Assembly: GCA_035259205.1 (NCBI GenBank)
Contig: DATFWO010000234.1
Span: 3,947 to 67,946 of the forward strand
Source: Burkholderiales bacterium
GTDB lineage: Bacteria > Pseudomonadota > Gammaproteobacteria > Burkholderiales > SG8-41
Reading direction: 5' to 3'
DNA length: 64,000 nt
In this document: piece by piece, positions 55,743 to 62,746 of the stretch
Numbering within the stretch: the first letter of the stretch is position 1
Layout: each line of letters starts with the position of its first letter
The notes under the pieces: generated by a model
Told to the model about the DNA's origin: nothing
Seen by the model: the letters and a program-made list of their open reading frames with translations, nothing else
Databases searched by the model: none
Position numbers and translations under genes: made by a program

Positions 55743-57815
55743 ATGGACACCGCAACGGGAAAACATCGCTTTGCGCAGATCAATACCCAGCTGGGGGCCG
55801 ATGTCCTGCTGCTTGCGCGCGTTTCGGGCAAGGAAGAGCTGGGGCGCCTGTTCGAGTACGACCTCGAGCTCCTGAGCGAGCGCGCCACGATCAAGCCCGA
55901 GGACCTCCTCGGCACGAACGTGACCTTGATGTTCGAAACCGAGGATCACAGCGCGCCGCGCTACCTGAACGCCTACGTCACCCGCTTTTGCGAGGCGGGC
56001 GAGAAGCAAAGCGCTGCGTTTTCCTCGGGGCACGCTTACGCCTACCGCGCGACCTTGCGCCCATGGCTGTGGTTCGCGACTCGCCGCTCCGACTGCCGCA
56101 TCTTCAACGACAAGTCGGTGCCCGACATCGTCAAGGAAGTGCTGGGTATCTATGGCGGACAGATATCCGACAAGCTTTCGGGCACGCATCATCCGTGGAA
56201 GTACTGCGTGCAGTATCGCGAGACCGATTTCAATTTCGTCAGCCGCCTGATGGAGCACGAGGGCATCTATTATTACTTCGATCACCAGAACGGAAAGCAC
56301 CTGCTGGTGCTCGCGGATTCTTCGAGCGCGCATGCGCCACACCCGAAGTTCAGGACCTTTGCGTTCCATCAGCCCGGACGGGAGGACGTTTTCGACCGCG
56401 ACTACATCAGCGAGTGGATGGCGACGACCGGCGTGCAGGCGGGCAGGTACCTGCTGAAGGACTACGACTTTTACCGGGCTCGCGCCGTGGAAGGGGTTGC
56501 GGCCCAGCCGCGCTCCCACACCTTCGGCGATTTGGAGATGTACGACTACCCGGCCGCCGCGCTGGACGTGGCAGGCGCGGAGTCGGGTTCCGATCGCAGC
56601 TCAGGCTACGCCAGCGCGCGGATGGAGGAGCTGCAGAGCCAGTACCGCGTGTTCGAAGGGACGGGAAACGCGCGCGGACTCGAGGTGGCGCGCCGCTTCA
56701 CGCTCACGGACCACCCGCAGCGGGCCTATAACGCCGATTACGTGGTCACATCGGCGTCGCTGGAGGCGAAGGTCAACGAGTTCAGAAGCGGCGGCGGCGA
56801 TGCCGAATTCAAGGTGACCTTCACCTCGATCGCAGCCAGCCAGGCATTCCGGCCGCAGCGGCTCACGCCGAAAAGCGTGATTCAGGGTACGCAGACCGCG
56901 CTCGTGGTGGGCAATGGTGAAATCGATCCCGACAAGCACGGGCGCGTGAAGGTTCAGTTCCACTGGGATCGCAAAGGCGCAACGTGCTGGGTACGGGTGG
57001 CGCAGCTCATGGCTGGAAAGAGCTGGGGCGCCATGTTTCTCCCGCGCGTCGGCCAGGAGGTGATCGTGGACTTCCTGGAAGGCGATCCCGATCGGCCGAT
57101 AGTGACCGGCGTCATTTACAACGGCGTGGCCAAGCCGCCGTACGAGCTCCCGGGAGAGAAAACCAAGTGGACGATCAAGACCAATTCCTCTGAGGGCGGC
57201 GGCGGATTCAACGAGCTTCGCTTCGAGGACAAGAAGGGCTCGGAGCAGATCTTCATGCACGGGGAGAAGCAGCTCGACCTGCGCATCAAGAAGGACCGCC
57301 TCGAATTCATCGGGGAGAATTCGCATCACATCGTCAAGAAGGACCGCTACGAGAAGGTGGAAAAGGACCAGCATCTGGCGGTGAAGGGCGACCAGAACGA
57401 AAAGGTCACCGGCACGGCATCGCTCAAGATCGATCAGAACCTCCAATACAAGGTCGGAATGAAGAGCGCGCTCGATTCAGGGCAGGAGATCCACCTCAAG
57501 GCGGGGATGAACATCATCCTGGAGGCGGGCGTGCAGATCTCCCTCAAGGTCGGGGGCAACTTCATCAACATCACGCCCGCCGGCGTGGACATCCAGGGCA
57601 TCCTGACGAAGATCAACTGCGGCGGCTCGGCAGGCAGCGGCTCGGGTTCGTCGCCTGCGGCGCCGACGGATCCGAAGGAAGCCGACGACGCCAAGGCCGG
57701 ATCGAAGGACGATGTGCCGCCGAAGCCCAAGCCGCCCCAGGCAAAGACATACAGTCCCAAGGCAGTATCGCTGAAACTGGCGGCCCAGAGCGGCGCGCCG
57801 TTTGTAGACGTATGA
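55743..57815 (+). CDS. vgrG: T6SS spike protein VgrG (TssI), no C-terminal toxin domain
   Basis: gp27/gp5-like regions (GRVKVQFHWDR...WVRVAQLMAGKSWGAMFLPRVGQEVIVDFLEGDPDRPIVTG) and beta-helix repeats. Gly/Ser- and Lys/Pro-rich tail of about 70 aa. Confidence 0.93.
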   Translation: MDTATGKHRFAQINTQLGADVLLLARVSGKEELGRLFEYDLELLSERATIKPEDLLGTNVTLMFETEDHSAPRYLNAYVTRFCEAGEKQSAAFSSGHAYAYRATLRPWLWFATRRSDCRIFNDKSVPDIVKEVLGIYGGQISDKLSGTHHPWKYCVQYRETDFNFVSRLMEHEGIYYYFDHQNGKHLLVLADSSSAHAPHPKFRTFAFHQPGREDVFDRDYISEWMATTGVQAGRYLLKDYDFYRARAVEGVAAQPRSHTFGDLEMYDYPAAALDVAGAESGSDRSSGYASARMEELQSQYRVFEGTGNARGLEVARRFTLTDHPQRAYNADYVVTSASLEAKVNEFRSGGGDAEFKVTFTSIAASQAFRPQRLTPKSVIQGTQTALVVGNGEIDPDKHGRVKVQFHWDRKGATCWVRVAQLMAGKSWGAMFLPRVGQEVIVDFLEGDPDRPIVTGVIYNGVAKPPYELPGEKTKWTIKTNSSEGGGGFNELRFEDKKGSEQIFMHGEKQLDLRIKKDRLEFIGENSHHIVKKDRYEKVEKDQHLAVKGDQNEKVTGTASLKIDQNLQYKVGMKSALDSGQEIHLKAGMNIILEAGVQISLKVGGNFINITPAGVDIQGILTKINCGGSAGSGSGSSPAAPTDPKEADDAKAGSKDDVPPKPKPPQAKTYSPKAVSLKLAAQSGAPFVDV

Positions 57816-57872
57816 GGACAGTTACACCGGCAGCGTCCAGCCGCGCTGCCGCCAGATCGAACCGCAGCATAC

Positions 57873-58415
57873 ATGGTCGGCCCTGACGCGATCGGCACGT
57901 TGACGCAGCTCCTGTGGATGTCTCCGCAGGACAAGGTTTACGCTCTCCTCGATGGCGCGAGCATTCCGAGCCTGCTGGAGCGCCTGTACGGCGAAAAACG
58001 CCCGCCGTTCGAGTGCCTGTTTCCGGGAGAGCTGGAGCCGGACATGGCGGAAGTCGCGCCCTATCTCGTTGAGCTCGATCGCGGAAGCGATTTTGCCGAG
58101 TGGGTCATGGGGCAGGGGTGGGGCAATCATTGGGGAATCTTTGCGGTATCGCAGGCGGACCTGAGGACGGTGTATTTTCACCTGCGCACCCTCAGCGTCG
58201 TGTATACGCCCGAAAGCAGGCCGATGCTCTTCCGCTACTACGACCCGCGGGTCATGCGACTATTCCTGACGACCTGCGCGCCCGAGCAGATCAAACAGCT
58301 GTTCGGTCCGGTCGAGCGGTTCGTGGCCGAAGGCGAGACTGCGACGGCAGCGCTCACGTTCACGCACGTAAACGGCGAGCCTCAAACGGGCACGCGCCAG
58401 ATACCTCTGAGATGA
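57873..58415 (+). CDS. DUF4123 domain protein (T6SS effector adaptor/chaperone family), short 180-aa form
   Basis: VYALLDGASIPSLLERL...FECLFPGELEPDMAEVAPYLVEL...GIFAVS...HLRTL...MLFRYYDPRVMRLFL matches the DUF4123 pattern. Immediately downstream of vgrG. Confidence 0.8.
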   Translation: MVGPDAIGTLTQLLWMSPQDKVYALLDGASIPSLLERLYGEKRPPFECLFPGELEPDMAEVAPYLVELDRGSDFAEWVMGQGWGNHWGIFAVSQADLRTVYFHLRTLSVVYTPESRPMLFRYYDPRVMRLFLTTCAPEQIKQLFGPVERFVAEGETATAALTFTHVNGEPQTGTRQIPLR

Positions 58416-59179
58416 TGCTTATATTCCGCGAAGAACAACTCCGCGCTTTTCAGAGTGCGTCACAGGCGAACTTCTGTCGCCGGCTGCTGCGCAACGTATG
58501 CGAGGAATTTCCGGACCGGTTGAAGATCTTCGGCGAGCCGGCGATCTCGGCGATGGTGAGCCTCGGGCTCGATCGCGCGAAGGCGCGTGGACTGGAATCC
58601 GAGGAGGCCGTAATGCGCCATCTCGGCATGATGATCCTCTTCGGAAGCTACTGGGAGAGCGATCCGCAGCTTCCCTGGGTAAAGCAATTCCTCGGACCGG
58701 CCGACGCCGCGACGGCGGAGCGCATGACGCAATTGTGGGAGCAGGCAAAGGTGGTCCGCCAGCGGATCATGGGACCCGACGACGGACTCTACCTTGCAGC
58801 CCTGCGCAGCATTGAAGGCAAGACGGTGGAAGACCTGACCAAATTTGCCAGCCGCTCCCACCGCGACCTGCTGATTCAGATTGCGGCAATGTATCCGCGC
58901 AAGTTCACCGAAGCGGGGGAGGCTGCTTTCGCGAACTGCACGCGGCTCGCGGTCGAGGCGTGCCGCCCGTTCGACCTGATGGACCGCTGGTCGGTCGTGC
59001 TGATGGTGGAGTTCATGCTTCTTTTTGGCGCCGGTTTCCTGAACGATCCCCTTTACGCCTGGGCGACGGAGGCGCTGAAGGACCCGCAGTGCGAGGGAGT
59101 CGATCAGAAGCTCGACCGCCTCCTCAAGGCGGCGCAGGATAAAGTCATATCTCGTACGGTCGGATCGCGCGCGAGCTGA
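58412..59179 (+). CDS. hypothetical protein with an internal two-fold duplication; candidate VgrG/DUF4123-dependent cargo (or immunity) protein
   Basis: Met105 of ORF 58100..59179, with an ATGA overlap to the DUF4123 stop. 255 aa, predicted all-helical, no signal peptide or TM segment. I recognise no family. Confidence 0.6.
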   Translation: MMLIFREEQLRAFQSASQANFCRRLLRNVCEEFPDRLKIFGEPAISAMVSLGLDRAKARGLESEEAVMRHLGMMILFGSYWESDPQLPWVKQFLGPADAATAERMTQLWEQAKVVRQRIMGPDDGLYLAALRSIEGKTVEDLTKFASRSHRDLLIQIAAMYPRKFTEAGEAAFANCTRLAVEACRPFDLMDRWSVVLMVEFMLLFGAGFLNDPLYAWATEALKDPQCEGVDQKLDRLLKAAQDKVISRTVGSRAS

Positions 59180-59387
59180 AGCCGGGCTGCAAGCGGCCCC
59201 GTGCTTTGTTTCACATCGGCCTGGCTGTTGAATTTCGAAAAGACACGCTTGGCAGCATGCGCCGCCGCATGTCCGGCTCCGTCCGCACCGATTTCGATCG
59301 CAGCGGCCGTACCATCGTCCTCAATCGGTGTAGTATTAGCACGAGTGAGGGAGGTTTCTCCGTGAGACCTGCCAAAGAGGAGGGGCC

Positions 59388-60383
59388 ATGAGGACAGGTT
59401 TGCTGGTTGTGGCGGCGGGTGTCGCCTTCGCCGGCCCGGCTCCGGCCATGGATTTCATCGATATCGCGCCCGTGATATCGGTTACGCCCTTGTATGGACC
59501 GGTTGCGGACGCGCGCGAATGCTTCGTCGCGGCTGCACCGCAGCCCGCGATGGCCGTCGCGCCATCCCCCCAGCCGGTCATGATGCCGGCGCAGGTTCCT
59601 CAGGGCGCAATGGCGCCTGGCGGCGCGCCGCCGCAGGAGCGCAGCGTCGTCGCTCCCGTCGTGGGTGGCGTAGCGGGGGCGTTGATCGGCAGCCAGGTGG
59701 GGCAGGGGCGTGGACGCGACGCGGCAACGGCAGTGGGTGCAGTTGCGGGTACCGTTGTCGCTGACCGCATGGCGAATCCGAATAGCGGCGGTTCGCTGAC
59801 GGGCGCAGTCGTAGGCGGCGGCGCCGGCGCGCTGCTCGGCAACCAGGTCGGGCAGGGTAGCGGGCGGACGGCGGCAACGGCCGCGGGAGCGATCGGCGGC
59901 GCGATGATCGGTGACCGCCTGATGTCCAGCCCACCACCCCAGCAGGCTGCGGTTCCGGGGCAGGTTCAGATGCAGCCGATGCAGCCGGGGCAGATACCGA
60001 TGCAGGCAGGGCAGATGCCGATGCAGCAGGCACAGGTAGTGGACCGCTGCCGCACGGTGGACGGCGTGCAGCGCGAGGTGCTCCGCGGGTACTCCGTAGT
60101 CTACCGTTACAACGGGCGCGACATTACGACGACGGTTTTAAATCACCCGGGGAGCACGATTCGAATCGCGGTCGGTCCGCTCGACAACTACCCACAGCAG
60201 CCCATGCAAGCCCAGAGCGGCTTTGCCGCCGGGGCTCCCGTCATGGTTCCACAGCAGCCCGTGATGATGCCTCAACAACCGATGATGGCGCCGCAGCAGC
60301 CCGTGATGACGCCTCAACAACCGGTAATGGCGCCGCAGCAGCCGATGATGGTGCCCCAGCAGCCGGTTGCCCTGCCCCAGTAG
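59388..60383 (+). CDS. secreted glycine-zipper (Rick_17kDa_Anti/SlyB-like) protein with Pro/Gln/Met-rich repeats
   Basis: Signal peptide (LLVVAAGVAFAGPAPA). Two glycine-zipper units (GGVAGALIGSQVGQGRGRDAATAVGAVAG; GGGAGALLGNQVGQGSGRTAATAAGAIGG). A conserved GYSVVYRYNGRDITTTVLNHPGSTIRI module. GAGGAGG RBS. Confidence 0.8.
   Translation: MRTGLLVVAAGVAFAGPAPAMDFIDIAPVISVTPLYGPVADARECFVAAAPQPAMAVAPSPQPVMMPAQVPQGAMAPGGAPPQERSVVAPVVGGVAGALIGSQVGQGRGRDAATAVGAVAGTVVADRMANPNSGGSLTGAVVGGGAGALLGNQVGQGSGRTAATAAGAIGGAMIGDRLMSSPPPQQAAVPGQVQMQPMQPGQIPMQAGQMPMQQAQVVDRCRTVDGVQREVLRGYSVVYRYNGRDITTTVLNHPGSTIRIAVGPLDNYPQQPMQAQSGFAAGAPVMVPQQPVMMPQQPMMAPQQPVMTPQQPVMAPQQPMMVPQQPVALPQ
60249..60380 (+). repeat. in-frame 21-nt tandem repeat (about 6.3 copies; PQQP[VM]M[x]) at the 3' end of the glycine-zipper gene
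   Basis: Read directly. ccgcagcagcccgtgatgnnn alternates with cctcaacaaccgrtratggcg, giving a 42-nt super-period. Confidence 0.8.
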
Positions 60384-60464
60384 CCGATCACAGTGCGCAG
60401 CCCGGTGCGGCGGTTGAGCCTGCGCTGATACAGCAGGCGCAGGAACACACAGTCCCGGCAGGCA

Positions 60465-62042
60465 TTGCCGGACGACCAGAGCCTGATCCGTGGAGGAGCC
60501 ATGCCCGGCCGCATCGGTTTCGACTTCCAGTTCTCGCAGCCGCGGGCGCGTAGCGCCAGCGCCCGGAGCGAGGAGAATCCCATGCGCATCCTTGTCATGG
60601 GCGACTTCAGTGGTCGTGCCAGCCGTGGTGTGGAGAATGCAGCTGATCTGGCGTCGCGCCCGATCGTTGCCGTGGATGTCGACAGCTTCGAGCAGGTATT
60701 GGCCGGATTTTCACCCGTTTTGCTTTTGTCGCCGGGAAAGGCAGCCGGGACGGACGTCGTTATCGAATTCCGGCAGCTCGACGACTTCCATCCCGGCCGG
60801 CTTTACCGCGAGTTGGACCTCTTTCAGTCGCTGCGGAAGTCACGGTCGCGCCTGCAAGACCCCGCGACTTTCGCCGAGGCCGCCGAGAAGCTGCAGACAG
60901 ATCGTGCGCAGAGTCCTCGGCCGGATCAGGGTCCTGCGACCGGGAGCAAACCCACCGCCGAAAATGATGCCGCGACGCTCGAGCGTCTGCTGGGCAGAAA
61001 AGCGGCAACCGTCGCGAGTAAGCCCGTCCTGCGTGCGGAACCGGCGGTGGTCGATGAATTGATCCGCAAAATCGTCGCTCCGCATATCGTTCCCGATGCT
61101 CCGCCTCACCAGGCGCAGTACGTCGCATCGGTCGATGCCGCCATCGAGGAGCAGATGCGGGTTATTTTGCACGACCCGGCGTTTCAAGCGCTGGAGTCCG
61201 GATGGCTGGCGATCCACTGGTTGATCTCCGAGCTCGAGTTCGGCGAGCAACTTCAGCTCTTTCTGCTGGATGTTACGCTGGATGAGCTGCGCTCCGACGC
61301 GCGGGCGGCGGACGGGAATCCCGAGCAGTCCAGCCTGTATCGTCTGTTGGTGGAGCAAGGAACCCGAACGCCAGGCGGCGAGCCGTGGTCGCTGCTCGCG
61401 GGTAATTATGCGTTCGGCCCGGATGAGGAGAATATCGAGCTGCTCGCGTTCCTCGGGGCGATCGCGTCGCAGGCGGGAGGGCCCTTCGTCGCGGCGGCGG
61501 AGAGCGGCATCCTCGGTTGTCGTTCGCTCGCCGACACACCGGATCCTCGGGAGTGGCAGCCGCTGGTTCCCACCGCCGAGCAATGCTGGCAGGCGCTGCG
61601 TAGAAGTTCCGTCGCGTCCTGGATCGGCCTTGCGCTGCCCCGGATCCTGCTCCGCGCGCCGTACGGGAAACGCAATGAAAGGGTCGAAGAATTTGAATTC
61701 GAGGAGCTGCCGGCGAGGGCGGCGCATGAACATTATCTGTGGGGAAACCCTGCCATAGCGTGCGCTTTGTTGATCGGGCGGTCCTTCCTCGCAAAGGGTT
61801 GGAGCATGGAAGTCGGAGACGAACGGGATATCGGTGGTCTGCCGGCGTGTGTGCTCGATCGCGACGGCGAAAAGGAGCTCCTTGCATGCGCTGAAGCCTA
61901 TCTCAGCGAACGCGCGGGAGAGGCGATCCTGGCGCGCGGTTTGATGCCCCTGCTCAGCCTCAAGAACCAGAACGCCGCGTGCTTGATGCGCTTTCAATCA
62001 CTGGCCGAACCGGCGCAGGCGTTCGCAGGGCCCTGGCGCTAG
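60465..62042 (+). CDS. TssB-TssC fusion-like protein (second, divergent and truncated contractile-sheath paralog)
   Basis: Single 525-aa ORF. Residues about 13-135 align to the cluster's own TssB, and about 205-525 to TssC residues about 75-375 (motif pairs are listed in the findings). The start is 60465 or Met13 at 60501. Confidence 0.75.
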   Translation: MPDDQSLIRGGAMPGRIGFDFQFSQPRARSASARSEENPMRILVMGDFSGRASRGVENAADLASRPIVAVDVDSFEQVLAGFSPVLLLSPGKAAGTDVVIEFRQLDDFHPGRLYRELDLFQSLRKSRSRLQDPATFAEAAEKLQTDRAQSPRPDQGPATGSKPTAENDAATLERLLGRKAATVASKPVLRAEPAVVDELIRKIVAPHIVPDAPPHQAQYVASVDAAIEEQMRVILHDPAFQALESGWLAIHWLISELEFGEQLQLFLLDVTLDELRSDARAADGNPEQSSLYRLLVEQGTRTPGGEPWSLLAGNYAFGPDEENIELLAFLGAIASQAGGPFVAAAESGILGCRSLADTPDPREWQPLVPTAEQCWQALRRSSVASWIGLALPRILLRAPYGKRNERVEEFEFEELPARAAHEHYLWGNPAIACALLIGRSFLAKGWSMEVGDERDIGGLPACVLDRDGEKELLACAEAYLSERAGEAILARGLMPLLSLKNQNAACLMRFQSLAEPAQAFAGPWR

Positions 62043-62234
62043 CGGGCGTGCTGCACATGTGACCGCGGTGCTCTCTTCGTGCGGCGGCACTGCGGGTTGG
62101 CTTCTGAACCGCATCAGCGTTCGCCAGCCGATGGTTGCGGCCTGCCAGAACCCGGCCTCGACCAGGCGCTACGCCGGCGGAAGCGTCGCGCAGCCATAAA
62201 ACTCCGCTATGCCATTCCGCGAGAAACCCGCGGG

Positions 62235-62624
62235 CTAGGGAATCATTTCGGTCGTCTGGCCGGGAAATGCGACCGAAATCACGCCGCCCCAGACACACAT
62301 CAGCTTCGACGTGTTGTTCAGCGAAGGCTGATTGGCCAGCGGCACCGTGGGCGAGCCGGGCGCCCATGGTGCGGGGGTATTCGGGATACACGGCATCGGC
62401 GTCAGAACCCCCATCGCGGCGGCGGTCGCCGATGCAACAGTGGGATTGGCTATGCTCGAGCACACGCCGAACGGCATGACGTTCACCATGGAAATGTGAT
62501 CCATGATATTGGCGGCCGGCTGATTGCTGGTGAGGACGCGGTTGATGGGCAACACGACGAAGATGCTCGGGGCTGCGCCAAAACTGCACTGCAGCACCGC
62601 GCCGTTGCAAACGTGTAATGGCAT
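62235..62624 (-). CDS. DUF4280 domain protein (PAAR-like spike-tip family)
   Basis: VCNGAVLQCSFGAAPS..., ANIMDHISMVNVMPFGVCSS.ANP.VASATAAAMGVLTPMPCIPNTPAPWAPGSPTV..., and KLMCVWGGVISV..PGQ match the DUF4280 pattern. Confidence 0.85.
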   Translation of the reverse strand: MPLHVCNGAVLQCSFGAAPSIFVVLPINRVLTSNQPAANIMDHISMVNVMPFGVCSSIANPTVASATAAAMGVLTPMPCIPNTPAPWAPGSPTVPLANQPSLNNTSKLMCVWGGVISVAFPGQTTEMIP

Positions 62625-62746
62625 GGGAGCCCTCCTCGTGGCAGTATACTATTTGCCATGCCGGCGCCCGAAACGAAAGACGCAGCATCCGACCGCGCCG
62701 ACCGACGAAAAGAATGATCCGGTTGGCTCCGGAGAGGGAAGGGTAG

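Larger units (their letters stand above)
37602..62624. other. type VI secretion system gene cluster (core genes 37602..57815 plus accessory tail to 62624)
   Basis: Contiguous tssK,L,M,tagF,tssA,B,C,hcp,tagJ,tssE,F,G,clpV,vgrG, followed by DUF4123, an unknown, a glycine-zipper protein, a sheath-like fusion and DUF4280. Confidence 0.9.

Noticed and set aside
59206-59391. Small ORF (61 aa from TTG, or 44 aa from ATG) whose TGA overlaps the ATG of the glycine-zipper gene (ATGA). It could be a small immunity or leader peptide.
   Set aside because: No Shine-Dalgarno sequence precedes either start, the TTG start is weak, and the composition is Arg/Ser-rich with no motif. The overlap may be a coincidence created by the strong GAGGAGG RBS region. 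It is worth a ribosome-profiling look, but I do not call it.
37194-62746. The T6SS cluster as a mobile genomic island.
   Set aside because: No tRNA gene, integrase, transposase, direct-repeat att sites or IS fragments appear at either border. Only a modestly AT-richer 408-nt left gap is seen. There is no support from this window for recent horizontal mobility.
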